This document shows positions 1 to 10,406 of a stretch of 62,354 nt of DNA, piece after piece. Within the stretch, counting starts at the first letter, position 1, and each line of letters opens with the position of its first letter. The stretch spans positions 1 to 62,354 of IMG/VR virus record IMGVR_UViG_3300042868_011200; one strand, given 5' to 3'. The notes beneath the pieces were generated by a model. It was not told the origin of the DNA and did not search any database. It worked only from the letters and a program-made list of their open reading frames with translations. The stretch comes from a virus (lineage: Duplodnaviria > Caudoviricetes). The translations under genes and the position numbers were made by a program.

Positions 1-704
1 AAAACGGGGATGAGGTCGGCATGTCTACCGAAGATTTTGCTGAACATAGACACCAAATAGGTAAAGAAACTTTTGAGTATAAGGGTAAAATGATTAAAGG
101 ATTTGCACCAGACCCATTTAGGTTCTTTTCAACCAAAGGGGATAAGAGATTTATCATTGATTCAATTTTGGCAAAACCAGGACCCGCATGGGACGATTTT
201 GTAAACGCAATTAATAATGGGTCCATTTTTTCAATAGTGACCGCTAGAGGACATTCTCCATTAGTTATAAGACAAGCAATCGAAAATATGATTGAACTTA
301 ATTTTAAGGGAATTTCTAAAAAAGAACTTGTTAGAAACCTTAGAAAATTTAGGGACATAGCTGGAGAAGAAGATATGTCAGATGAACAACTTATTGAGAC
401 TTATATGGATATGAACAAATATTATCCTGTAACTTTTGGTTCAGGTTCAGCACAAAGCCCCGAAAAAGGAAAATTAGAAGCTTTGAAAGAATTTGAAAGT
501 TATGTAAAATACATTTCAGAATATTTGCATAAACAAGGATTTCTTAAAAACAAAATTTCAAATAGATTTATTCCAAAAATATATTTTTCAGATGATGATA
601 AGAAAAATCTAGAATATACTCATGGAAAACTTGCAAAAAGACCAGAAAATATAATTCAATTTGTATCAACTCATGGAGGAGAAAGAAAAAAGTATGATGG
701 ATAA
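1..704 (+). CDS. HAD-superfamily phosphatase-like protein, 5'-truncated
   Basis: Frame is open back to the window start. IVTARG resembles HAD motif II and YFSDDD resembles motif IV; motif I is presumably upstream of the window. Confidence 0.5.
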   Translation, partial: NGDEVGMSTEDFAEHRHQIGKETFEYKGKMIKGFAPDPFRFFSTKGDKRFIIDSILAKPGPAWDDFVNAINNGSIFSIVTARGHSPLVIRQAIENMIELNFKGISKKELVRNLRKFRDIAGEEDMSDEQLIETYMDMNKYYPVTFGSGSAQSPEKGKLEALKEFESYVKYISEYLHKQGFLKNKISNRFIPKIYFSDDDKKNLEYTHGKLAKRPENIIQFVSTHGGERKKYDG

Positions 705-777
705 TATTTATTAACTGGATTTAGTTAAGTTTCATAAAAAAAAAATTAAAGTAAATAGAAAAATTTTAAAACAAAAC

Positions 778-784
778 TATTTAT
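778..784 (+). promoter_or_regulatory. TATTTAT motif (putative phage late promoter) upstream of tail tube gene
   Basis: Same heptamer recurs in at least 10 intergenic positions upstream of structural genes; another copy at 705-711. Confidence 0.6.
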
Positions 785-832
785 AGTATATAAAACAGAA
801 AGAAATAAAAAATTTAAAAAACAAAAAATACT

Positions 833-1321
833 ATGGCTGATTTATTAATGAAAATGCCGATACCTTATGAACCAAAAAGGAAAAACAGGTTCATTTTAAG
901 TTTCCCAAGTGAACTTGGTATCAATGAATGGTACGTTGAGTCTGCATCAAGACCTGCAATTACCATAGGTTCTACCCCAATTCCTTTCTTAAATACAGAA
1001 AGATATGTTGCAGGTAGATACACTTGGGGAGAAATTCAGGTAACTTTCCGTGACCCTATTGGTCCATCGGCCTCTCAGGCACTTATGGAATGGGTTCGTC
1101 TTCATGCTGAATCTGTAACAGGTCGTATGGGTTATGCTGCGGGTTATAAGAAAGACGTTACATTACAGATGTTAGACCCAACAGGTGTTGTTGTTGAAAA
1201 ATGGATTATGGTTGGTTGTTTCTTAACAAAGGCCGACTTCCAATCGTTAGCATACGGAGAAGACGGACTTGTAACAATTCAAGCAACACTTCGCCCTGAT
1301 TACTGTGTACTAGTATATTAA
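833..1321 (+). CDS. Tail tube protein (T4 gp19-like)
   Basis: 162 aa. YEPKRKNRF, YVAGRYTWGEIQVTFRD, LMEWV, GYKKDVTLQMLDPTGVVVEKW pattern typical of gp19-type tubes; lies upstream of chaperone and tape measure. Confidence 0.85.
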   Translation: MADLLMKMPIPYEPKRKNRFILSFPSELGINEWYVESASRPAITIGSTPIPFLNTERYVAGRYTWGEIQVTFRDPIGPSASQALMEWVRLHAESVTGRMGYAAGYKKDVTLQMLDPTGVVVEKWIMVGCFLTKADFQSLAYGEDGLVTIQATLRPDYCVLVY

Positions 1322-1349
1322 AAAAATATATATTCAAATTACTATTTAC

Positions 1350-1378
1350 AAATCCACACTTGTTGTGGATTTTTTTTT
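1350..1378 (+). terminator. Intrinsic terminator/attenuator after tail tube gene
   Basis: AAATCCACA-cttgt-TGTGGATTT stem running into a T tract. Confidence 0.75.
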
Positions 1379-1394
1379 ATAAAAAAAATTTCAA

Positions 1395-2147
1395 ATGAAC
1401 GAACAAATTGCAGGACAAGAAAATTTTAACTTACCACATGATGTTGTAATGTTACCAAGCCAAGGTAGATTTTATAAATCTAAAAAGAAAAGTGTTAAAG
1501 TAGGGTATCTAACAGCCGCTGACGAAAATTTATTATCTAATATTGGAAAATTTTCAGGAGAACAATTGATTACTAGATTGGTAAGAAACAAACTTTATGA
1601 ACCGGATTTAAACCCATTTGAAATGTTAGAGGGTGATGTTGAAGCGGTATTAATTTTTTTAAGAAATACTGCATTTGGAAGTGAATATATTTTTAATCTT
1701 GTTGACCCACAAACTGGAAATAAATTTGAATCAATTATCCCATTGGATGAGTTATCGTTCAATAAACCTGAAACGGAACCTGATGAGAATGGGTATTATA
1801 GAACTAAACTACCTAAATCAGGGGCAGAAGTTAAATTAAAACTTTTATCTTATGGGGAAAATAATGAAATTGAAAAAATGGTGGAAGAATATCCGTCACA
1901 CATGATTGCCCCAAAAGTCACACTAAGACTTAGTAAACAAATAGTGGAATTAAATGGTTCAACAGAAAAAGGAGATATCTTTAAATTTGTTGAACAAATG
2001 CCAATCATGGATTCGAAGTATATTTCAAATTTTATAAGAAAAAATGAACCAAGGATTGATTTAAGTAGAGAAGTAACAGCCCCGTCAGGAAAAAAGGTCA
2101 ACGTAAGAGTTACCTTTGGGGCTGAGTTTTTTCGCCCTTTCTTCTAA
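1395..2147 (+). CDS. Tail assembly chaperone / gp26-like baseplate hub assembly protein
   Basis: LPSQGRFY, LTAADENLL and LIFLRNTAFG motifs, C-terminal FF; located between tube and tape measure. Confidence 0.7.
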   Translation: MNEQIAGQENFNLPHDVVMLPSQGRFYKSKKKSVKVGYLTAADENLLSNIGKFSGEQLITRLVRNKLYEPDLNPFEMLEGDVEAVLIFLRNTAFGSEYIFNLVDPQTGNKFESIIPLDELSFNKPETEPDENGYYRTKLPKSGAEVKLKLLSYGENNEIEKMVEEYPSHMIAPKVTLRLSKQIVELNGSTEKGDIFKFVEQMPIMDSKYISNFIRKNEPRIDLSREVTAPSGKKVNVRVTFGAEFFRPFF

Positions 2148-2151
2148 TTAT

Positions 2152-2289
2152 ATGATGTCCTTATTGGACCAATACTACCTTTTAGGTAAGTATTTACATA
2201 CTTCATATTCTGATTTTTTACAGATTCCTATTTATCAAAGACGATATCTAGTTGATAAAATTATTGAATTAAATACCCCAAAAAAATAA
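2152..2289 (+). CDS. Short chaperone extension ORF (gpT/gp51-like, 45 aa; below ORF-track cutoff); possibly read by frameshift from 1395..2147
   Basis: Translates MMSLLDQYYLLGKYLHTSYSDFLQIPIYQRRYLVDKIIELNTPKK. Its frame is open from 2107, overlapping the end of the chaperone. Confidence 0.7.
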   Translation: MMSLLDQYYLLGKYLHTSYSDFLQIPIYQRRYLVDKIIELNTPKK

Positions 2290-2298
2290 CTATTTGAT

Positions 2299-2305
2299 TA
2301 TTTAT
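2299..2305 (+). promoter_or_regulatory. TATTTAT motif 4 nt before tape-measure ATG
   Basis: TATTTAT-AGTT-ATG. Confidence 0.55.
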
Positions 2306-2309
2306 AGTT

Positions 2310-5168
2310 ATGATGATGATGATGGATGAAACAGCACCTTCCGAGGAACAAACCCTTGGAGAAGCGACCAAACAACTAGATGCCCAAATTTTTAATTTAG
2401 GGGTGTCCTACCAGGGAGTTAGTGAAATGTTTAACACCGGAGCAGAAAGTCTATATAACTCAACTGAAAATATGATTGTTAATGTTGATAGGGCAATGCA
2501 AGGTCTTATCAATACAATGGGTCGAGGGGAGACTTTTGCAGATGGAATACGTAAAAATTTAGCAAAAGCAATACCTACTGTTATTGAATTAGGAGGTCAG
2601 GTTACTGATGTTGCAAGAGTTAATAATGAATTCACACAAACTTTAGGAAGAAATATAACTTTAAATGCTGAACAAACAGAACAGTTGTTTGCTGCTGAAA
2701 AAATTTCTGGCGCAAACGCTAAAGAGTTAGTTGGAAGTTTCGCGGATGTAGGATTGTCAATTAAAGACATTTCCGTGAACATGATTAAAGTAAGAGAAGT
2801 TGCAAATAATTTAGGTGCAAACGCAATTGCTGTATCTAAAGAAGTTGTTGGTAATATGGAAAAGTTAAACAGATACAACTTTAGAGATGGAGTTGAAGGT
2901 TTAGCTAGAATGGCCGCACAATCTCAAACTTTGAGAGTTAGTATGGAAAAAGTCTTTGCGTTGGCAGATGATATTATGGACCCTGAAAGGGCGATTGAAT
3001 TAGCAAGTTCATTACAAAGATTAGGAGCATCATCACAAGCTCTCACAGACCCATTAAGGTTAATGGATTTGGCTCAAAACAATGTACCACAATTACAAAT
3101 GGAACTTGGTAAAATGTTTAAACAATATACCAAGTTTAACGAGGAAACCAAATCATTTGAAATTGACAAAGGAGCTAGATTACAAATCAAAGCGATTGCC
3201 GATGAAATGGGTATTGGTCTAGATGAGGCTGAAAGATATGGATTAAGTTTTGCAGATTTAAATAAAAAATTATCAGAAATTTCTTTTGCTGGATTAGATA
3301 TTGACGAAGACACCAAAACACTTGTTGCCAATATGTCAACTATGGGTGAGGGTGGTGAGTATACAATAAAAACAGAATCAGGTGAAGAAGTTGCATTACA
3401 AACTTTCTTAGACCAATATAAAGGTAATGAGGATGAACTCAAAAAGTTTTTACAAGTTAAAGAAAAAGAAGAGGGTAAAACTTATGAGGACAAAATGCTT
3501 GAGGCTCAAGAAGACATTGCTGAATTGGCAAGGAAACAACTTGACGCTTATACAAAGGCTGAAAAATTAGGTCAGGCGGCGAAAGTCGCTCTTCCTGCTT
3601 CTGTTGCAGGTTCAGAACTTGCTCAACAGATGTTAGCGGTTAATACACAATTAGCTGAACAAATTAATAGACCAATCATAGATAATTTAGGTCCAAACAG
3701 TCCGACTATTCAGTCTTTTGATAGGGCTGGACAAGGGTTAGAAGATATAGTTGACGAGATGAAAAAAGAAAATCCTGATTGGGATAAAGTGATGACTGTT
3801 TTTGAAACAACTGCTACAACATTACTCCTTGATATGACTAAATCTGTCGGGGATATTTTCAAAGATATGTCCCAAACTATTGGACCGGCTTTAAAATCAC
3901 TTGGAGTAGATATTGAAGGAATTACTAATGCTATTGAAGATAAATTTACTGATATTATTGGAAGTATTGATGTTGAAAGTTTAAAGGCTAAATACCCTGA
4001 CTTATCTGAATCCATTTTATCAAGTTTTGAAGAAATAAAAAACAAAGCAATGGGAAATGGGGAACAAACCCAAGATTTGAAAGACCAAATAGATGATGCT
4101 TTGCAAGGTATACAATCTAATTTACCAAATAGTCTTGACGATGCTAAAAAAGTGTATAATGAGTTAATTGGTAAAATTCCATCAGAACTAAAACCTGATT
4201 TAGAAAAACTTAAAGAGTCAATTGACAAAATGACCGAAGGTCAAGGAGCTCAAGGAGGGGGAAGTATCCAACCACCACCACCACCACCAACAGCAGATGG
4301 AGTTGAAGGTGTTAATCCACCACCGCCTCCACCACCAATTTCTATACCACAGACAGGTAATGACTCAAATACAGGAATGGTTCCATTATCTCCAAATATT
4401 AATATTCCGACAATAGATACTACAAATATTGATAAATCATATGAAGGTGTAACTACTTTTTTAAATAATCAAATTGAGAGTTTACAAAATTCAATATCAC
4501 AAGGTAGTATTACTACTAATGCGGTTTCCGAATCGGCATCGAATCAAAACTCACCTACCGAAATTAATTTAAATGACAAGACATTTAACTACGACGATAT
4601 TAAAAATCAATTAGAACAACTTAATCAAAATTTAATAAGTTCCCAAAGTCTAACAAATCCACAAAATTTATTAGTACAAGAACCAACCACACCAACTGTG
4701 GTGACACAATTTGAACAACTAATTACTGATATACCAAAATTATCAGAAAATGCTATTGAAAATATAAGAAACCAATTTAGTCAAACTAACACAGAACAAA
4801 ATTTAACTAATATAAATAATAAAATTGGGAATACAATTACTGAAATACCTGCGTTACAGACACCTGAAATGCAAAGTTTAATTTCACCATCACCGGCAGC
4901 CATTAATCCATTAGAAATACCCAAAGTTGAAAACTTAATGACTAATAATAATTTTAACTATGGAGGTGAAGTTAAAATATCACATGAAATGGAAATTAAA
5001 GTATCAAGCACTGACGGAAAATTAAAAGGAGATGAGTTAGGTAAGTTATTAAAAGACGAGATAAAAAGAAATAATCAATTAGCAGGTGAAATAGGTAGGG
5101 CTATAAATGGCGCTGATTTAGGAGCCTTGAAAAAACCTGGAGCAATTTCTGAACCACAATTCACTTAA
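2310..5168 (+). CDS. Tape measure protein
   Basis: 952 aa, Ala/Leu/Gln/Glu-rich helical N-terminal two-thirds; canonical position after tube and chaperone; Pro-rich low-complexity C-terminal region. Confidence 0.7.
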   Translation: MMMMMDETAPSEEQTLGEATKQLDAQIFNLGVSYQGVSEMFNTGAESLYNSTENMIVNVDRAMQGLINTMGRGETFADGIRKNLAKAIPTVIELGGQVTDVARVNNEFTQTLGRNITLNAEQTEQLFAAEKISGANAKELVGSFADVGLSIKDISVNMIKVREVANNLGANAIAVSKEVVGNMEKLNRYNFRDGVEGLARMAAQSQTLRVSMEKVFALADDIMDPERAIELASSLQRLGASSQALTDPLRLMDLAQNNVPQLQMELGKMFKQYTKFNEETKSFEIDKGARLQIKAIADEMGIGLDEAERYGLSFADLNKKLSEISFAGLDIDEDTKTLVANMSTMGEGGEYTIKTESGEEVALQTFLDQYKGNEDELKKFLQVKEKEEGKTYEDKMLEAQEDIAELARKQLDAYTKAEKLGQAAKVALPASVAGSELAQQMLAVNTQLAEQINRPIIDNLGPNSPTIQSFDRAGQGLEDIVDEMKKENPDWDKVMTVFETTATTLLLDMTKSVGDIFKDMSQTIGPALKSLGVDIEGITNAIEDKFTDIIGSIDVESLKAKYPDLSESILSSFEEIKNKAMGNGEQTQDLKDQIDDALQGIQSNLPNSLDDAKKVYNELIGKIPSELKPDLEKLKESIDKMTEGQGAQGGGSIQPPPPPPTADGVEGVNPPPPPPPISIPQTGNDSNTGMVPLSPNINIPTIDTTNIDKSYEGVTTFLNNQIESLQNSISQGSITTNAVSESASNQNSPTEINLNDKTFNYDDIKNQLEQLNQNLISSQSLTNPQNLLVQEPTTPTVVTQFEQLITDIPKLSENAIENIRNQFSQTNTEQNLTNINNKIGNTITEIPALQTPEMQSLISPSPAAINPLEIPKVENLMTNNNFNYGGEVKISHEMEIKVSSTDGKLKGDELGKLLKDEIKRNNQLAGEIGRAINGADLGALKKPGAISEPQFT

Positions 5169-5197
5169 TAAGTTTCTTTTAAAAAACCCTATTAATG

Positions 5198-5204
5198 TAT
5201 TTAT
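5198..5204 (+). promoter_or_regulatory. TATTTAT motif
   Basis: Intergenic, 16 nt before ATG 5221. Confidence 0.55.
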
Positions 5205-5220
5205 TATTAAACAATCATAA

Positions 5221-8200
5221 ATGGCGGGTAATCTGTTAACTTTTGAGGGGTCTCAGGAATTTAGAAATAAGTTACTTTCTAAAAATTTACCTTCATATAA
5301 AATAGAAGGAGTATATAGCTCGTCAAACGGGGCTAAAGCGTATCCATATTCCCAATCGGATATAGTACCAAATGATACCCCAAATGTATCACAGAGTATT
5401 TTTGATGAGGCAACTGAGGCAATAGTATCTAACAAATACGGACCAAGTGGTAATATCTTGGATTCGGGTGAAATTGTTTCAGCGGGAGGAGGTGGACAGG
5501 TCTCAATGTCACAGGCGGGTACTGGAGATGTTAATGATAAAAATTCTGAAATAACTAGACCATATGACGAAAGTTCCGCTAACTTACAATTATTAAATAA
5601 TTTCTATATAGACGCAGCTGCGGTTGTTAATAGATATTCTCCACCAGGAGGTTATAATGGGACATTTATCTCAACTGAAAATATACAACCAAAAACAACA
5701 ACAAGAAATGGGGAATATCCAAATTTCTTGTTCCCTGATTTTGTTTTTTTAAATCCTTTACTGGGAGGTGCAATTTCATTAAATGGAATAAGCTCAAACG
5801 CATTAAGTAACTTTTCCCAAGATTCTTACCTACAACAACTCTCGACTATTTTTTTAGCGGATGCTTTTAGAGAAAGAGTTAATAGAGAAATAGAGAAGAA
5901 CACAATTGGTAGAGTTAATTTACAGGCATTTAGTGATGTTTTTTCTGCATCATTATTGGCAAGTGGACAACAAGGATTAATTGCAAAAAATTGGACGATT
6001 ACAGTTCCTGATGGAGTATTTGACCAAGCAAAATTTTTACTACAAAGATTTTCTGGAACATATATCCCAACCTCACCAATAGAAGGAGAGTACTTTCAAA
6101 CACCACAAAGACAAAAAACTAAAGCAGGACAATTAGTTCAGAGTGTAATTAATAAATTCACAAAGCCTGCAACACCCCCAACAGGGTCAAAGAAATTTTT
6201 AAATAATACTGGTTCAGGTCAAAAAAGTGTTTTATTTGATAACTTAGGATACAACAGATTTAAACCTGATTATGAACAAAACACAACACAAATTGGAATT
6301 GTTGTTGATAACTTATTTAATCGTGATAATTCGCTTACAAATTTTTATGTTGGAACTGAAACAAATGACCCACTAAGAATTGCTTCTCCTTCAGACCAAG
6401 TCCCATATGATGCTTATGGTAATCAAACAAGTTCTATTGTTTTAGGACCTGACGGGCTTTCAAAAGAATACGAAGGAACAGAACTTGAAAGATATAAATT
6501 TGGACTCGCAAGTGTTGCATATAATGAAGACCAAGACCCATCAGGAGGTTTTTCTTGGGTTGATAGTAGAAACAAATCAGATGCTGGTAAATACGTAGGA
6601 CCTGGAGGTGAAAATTTTGGTATATCACCCGTGTTCCAAGGAAATGTAGGGAACAAGTTTGCATCATCTGAATCTACAAATGTACAATTCAAAAAAGGTT
6701 CAATACTAGATGAAACGCAACGACTCATAGAATCGGCACCTGTATCAGGGGCAAAAAGATTGGTTCACGTTGGTAATGCTATTAATCAAGTTAGTAAAGT
6801 TTTTAATGATGGGTACAAAGAGTTAACTAAAGGTTCAAAAGTTAGAAAGTTTGTAAATAAAAACGGTGTTGAAGTTGGACAAGAATATGGAAGAGTATTT
6901 GCTAAAGATATACCATACCTTACTTATCAAAATCTACAATCAACCATTGCTAATAGTGATGGACTTGAAACTAATGGAAATATTAGAAAATTTACATACT
7001 CTGTTTTAGATTCAACATATAACTTAAATATCGCACCTTTAGGAGGTGACTCATCTACAAATATTAAAGATGGTAGAGTTAAAAAGTATATGTTTTCAAT
7101 TGAAAACTTAGCATGGAGAAACACACCTGAATATGAGGCTTTACCTGAATGTGAGAAAGGACCAAATGGAGGTAGAATTATGTGGTTTCCACCATATGAT
7201 TTAAAATTAGATAATGAGAGCTCATCACCAAAATTTAATCAAACTAATTTTTTAGGAAGACCTGAACCTGTATATACATATGAAAACACAACAAGAAGTG
7301 GTGGAATTTCTTGGAGTATAATTGTTGACCATCCTTCAGTTAGTAATTTAATTGTAAAAAAAGAACTTGAAAGAGCTGATGGTAATTTGGCAACACAAGT
7401 ATTAGCTTCATTTTTTGCAGGATGTAAAAAATATGACATATATGAATTAGCCAGAAAATATTCAACACTTGGAAGAGATACAATAGAACAAGTTTATCAA
7501 AAAGTATTGGAGAGTAATCAAACTTCAGATGAACAAAAAAAGGCCGCGATGAACGGGATGCCAAGTTCAAACATACCTGAAAGTAATGAAGATACAGGAG
7601 GTTTAACTGATTATATAAATTTTGGTTTTTATTTTGAAGACTATAATGGAACTGAATCTTTAACTAATTATCAAACGTTATACGATACATATCAAAATAA
7701 TAAGGCTCTATATCAACAACAAAATCCTCAAGGAACCGAACAAATAAATAATTTTTTTGACGTTGTTTTAGTACAAAATATAGAAAGTATGAAAGACCTT
7801 AGAAGTCTAATTGCAGAGACTCTTGAGAACGATAAAGGTGTTGTTGAAATAACTATGAACGGAACTAATTTAGTTGGAGGAGGAACAAATATTGGTATAT
7901 CACAAGATTGGTTCGAATCTGCAAAATTATTTTTTACCCAACAACAATTAGGTAATAATAAAACCGTAAAGGATTATGAGAATAGTGGTAAAATAGTATT
8001 CAAATCAAAAAATTTAGGAACATTAACTACTTCCCAAATTCAAATTAACGGACCATCACCATCGGCAATACAATGTGACCAATCACAAGGTGGAATTTAT
8101 TCTTTTGATGCATGTGCTTGTAGAGCAATAAAAATTGAGAATATTATAATAACACCTCCAGCAGTTACTGAAGCTTCAGGAGGAGGACCCGTAAGTAATT

Positions 8201-10080
8201 CAGAAGTACCTAATCAAGATACATTAAACGGACAAAAACCAAAACAGGCAATTAATTTAGATGTACAATTTAAAGGATTAAGTAAGAGAGTTTTAAGGGA
8301 ACTTTTAACTGAATGTAATTATTTTGAGACGATAAAAAGTACCGATAGTTTTATATATGAAAGTATAAAAAATAAATTTAAATTTTTTAATCCATTATTT
8401 CACTCAATTACTCCTGAAGGATTAAATGCTCGATTGGTGTTTTTAAATCAATGTGTAAGGCCTGGTAGAACAATACCTACAAAACAAGAAAATGGGGAAA
8501 GCGTTGTAAAAGATTCATTTAACACAAATTTTGGTACCCCTCCAGTTTTAATTTTAAGATTTGGAGATTTTTACAATACTAAAATAATTCCTACAAACCT
8601 TTCAATTTCATATGAACCACTTTTAGATTTAAATCCTGAAGGTATTGGAGTTCAACCTATGATTGCTAAAATTACTTTAGGTTTTGATATGATTGGTGGA
8701 CATGGGTTAAAAGGTCCTGTTGAGAAATTACAAAACGCATTATCATTTAACTATTATGCTAATACCGAGATGTATGATGAGAGAGCTGATGCGACCGAAG
8801 ATACTACAGCAGTTGATAAAGCATTATTAGAAGCGATTTACAATGAAGAACCTATTATAACAGTCAATGATGTTAATAATACTACAATGAACGAAGGAGG
8901 AACTACTTTTGGTTTGATAACTCAAGCTTCAGAAACTAACAATGGAGTTCAGTCTGGTTCTACTCAGTATAAAGATTTCTTTGATGGGTTTGTTGATACT
9001 ACTAAAGATTATTTTACAAATTTATTCACAAATTATGAAAATTTAGTAAACGAATATGGTTTAGGAATTTGGGCACAAGTTAATATTACAAAGGACTATT
9101 ATGACGGATATATTGATAATCTAAAGACCCCAAATAGTAGGTTATTACAGATATATGGTAAACCTAAAGATTGGCAAGCAAGTATACAAGAATTGGGTGA
9201 AACTCTTAAAGAGTCAATTAACGATGAAGATGATGATTTAGCAAGTAGTATTAATATCTCAAATCAAATTACTAATAATACAAAAAAAATAATGATAGAT
9301 AATTATTTGGCATTAGTTGACCAACAAGTTAATTCTGCATTTATATCTATCGCAACATATGTACAAAATATGTCAGATTTACAATTAAAAATGACAAAGT
9401 ATATGTCAAAAATGGATTGTGTATCTTTTAGTGGAGATGGTAAAATATTAAGTGACGGAAATACTAAGATATATAATTTATCAGGAAATACCTTAAATGG
9501 TAACGACACTCTTGTTGAATTCTTTAATGATTATTTGGAAGTCTGTTCAGGTGCAAGTACTTGTATTGGGTCATTTGAAACTGAGTTCAGAAACATAATA
9601 TTTTATCAGCCAAACTACTTAATTGATACTCCTGAGTTATCAAAACCATTTTATAAAGCGTATTTTGTTATAGGATATGATTATGATAATTTAAATTATA
9701 TGATGTTCCAAAAAATTCTATTGGATAATACTAAGAAAGAAAAATTCATTTCAGACATAACCAAAAATATTACCAAGGAAGCAGATAAACCATTTGCGAC
9801 CGCAATTGTGACCGCAAAAGTTAATGGATGGATTGAAGCATTTAATAAACAAAAAGATTTTGAAAAACAATTTTTAAATACCCAAAGAGAAGATTTTGAG
9901 TTTGGTGGATATCCTAACTTTAATCCTCAAATAAATGGAATTTCTTTAAAAGGTAAAGATAGACCTATGTCATTTGTTACAGGACCAAATGGGACTTTGG
10001 ATACTGCAATTAAAGATATTTATTCATCAGTTAATTCAGGACCTGCAGACAAATTTAACGGTAAAAAACAATTTAACTAA
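5221..10080 (+). CDS. Large baseplate protein with tube-initiator (gp48/gp54-like) domain
   Basis: WFPPYDL, FLGRPEPVYTYENTTRS and PPVLILRFGDFY...LSISYEP motifs resemble contractile-tail tube initiators; follows tape measure. Confidence 0.55.
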   Translation: MAGNLLTFEGSQEFRNKLLSKNLPSYKIEGVYSSSNGAKAYPYSQSDIVPNDTPNVSQSIFDEATEAIVSNKYGPSGNILDSGEIVSAGGGGQVSMSQAGTGDVNDKNSEITRPYDESSANLQLLNNFYIDAAAVVNRYSPPGGYNGTFISTENIQPKTTTRNGEYPNFLFPDFVFLNPLLGGAISLNGISSNALSNFSQDSYLQQLSTIFLADAFRERVNREIEKNTIGRVNLQAFSDVFSASLLASGQQGLIAKNWTITVPDGVFDQAKFLLQRFSGTYIPTSPIEGEYFQTPQRQKTKAGQLVQSVINKFTKPATPPTGSKKFLNNTGSGQKSVLFDNLGYNRFKPDYEQNTTQIGIVVDNLFNRDNSLTNFYVGTETNDPLRIASPSDQVPYDAYGNQTSSIVLGPDGLSKEYEGTELERYKFGLASVAYNEDQDPSGGFSWVDSRNKSDAGKYVGPGGENFGISPVFQGNVGNKFASSESTNVQFKKGSILDETQRLIESAPVSGAKRLVHVGNAINQVSKVFNDGYKELTKGSKVRKFVNKNGVEVGQEYGRVFAKDIPYLTYQNLQSTIANSDGLETNGNIRKFTYSVLDSTYNLNIAPLGGDSSTNIKDGRVKKYMFSIENLAWRNTPEYEALPECEKGPNGGRIMWFPPYDLKLDNESSSPKFNQTNFLGRPEPVYTYENTTRSGGISWSIIVDHPSVSNLIVKKELERADGNLATQVLASFFAGCKKYDIYELARKYSTLGRDTIEQVYQKVLESNQTSDEQKKAAMNGMPSSNIPESNEDTGGLTDYINFGFYFEDYNGTESLTNYQTLYDTYQNNKALYQQQNPQGTEQINNFFDVVLVQNIESMKDLRSLIAETLENDKGVVEITMNGTNLVGGGTNIGISQDWFESAKLFFTQQQLGNNKTVKDYENSGKIVFKSKNLGTLTTSQIQINGPSPSAIQCDQSQGGIYSFDACACRAIKIENIIITPPAVTEASGGGPVSNSEVPNQDTLNGQKPKQAINLDVQFKGLSKRVLRELLTECNYFETIKSTDSFIYESIKNKFKFFNPLFHSITPEGLNARLVFLNQCVRPGRTIPTKQENGESVVKDSFNTNFGTPPVLILRFGDFYNTKIIPTNLSISYEPLLDLNPEGIGVQPMIAKITLGFDMIGGHGLKGPVEKLQNALSFNYYANTEMYDERADATEDTTAVDKALLEAIYNEEPIITVNDVNNTTMNEGGTTFGLITQASETNNGVQSGSTQYKDFFDGFVDTTKDYFTNLFTNYENLVNEYGLGIWAQVNITKDYYDGYIDNLKTPNSRLLQIYGKPKDWQASIQELGETLKESINDEDDDLASSINISNQITNNTKKIMIDNYLALVDQQVNSAFISIATYVQNMSDLQLKMTKYMSKMDCVSFSGDGKILSDGNTKIYNLSGNTLNGNDTLVEFFNDYLEVCSGASTCIGSFETEFRNIIFYQPNYLIDTPELSKPFYKAYFVIGYDYDNLNYMMFQKILLDNTKKEKFISDITKNITKEADKPFATAIVTAKVNGWIEAFNKQKDFEKQFLNTQREDFEFGGYPNFNPQINGISLKGKDRPMSFVTGPNGTLDTAIKDIYSSVNSGPADKFNGKKQFN

Positions 10081-10082
10081 AA

Positions 10083-10406
10083 ATGGCTAGTCAATATTAT
10101 AACAGATATCAGGATTTGATAGTAAATGGACAACAAACTATTGTACCATTTGTTAAATTAATTCCAAAAAGTACAGATAAAATTTACATATACAGGACTA
10201 GTATATCAAGATTAGATAAAGTATCCCAAACATATTATGGTTCTCCATATTTTGGGTGGTTAATATTACAGGCAAATCCTGAGTACGGTAGTTCTGAAAT
10301 AAACATACCTGACAATGCCAGTTTAAAAATTCCATTTCCTTTATTGGCAACTCTGTTAGATTATAAGACAGCACTACAAACGCATTTTTATTATTATGGG
10401 AAATGA
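10083..10406 (+). CDS. Baseplate wedge LysM-like protein (gp53/gpX-like)
   Basis: RLDKVSQTYYGSPYFGWLILQANP...LKIP pattern. Confidence 0.75.
   Translation: MASQYYNRYQDLIVNGQQTIVPFVKLIPKSTDKIYIYRTSISRLDKVSQTYYGSPYFGWLILQANPEYGSSEINIPDNASLKIPFPLLATLLDYKTALQTHFYYYGK

Noticed and set aside
2126-2155. Classical -1 frameshift at the T6 run
   Set aside because: The -1 frame hits TGA at 2153 after a few codons; only the +1/-2 frame gives an extension.
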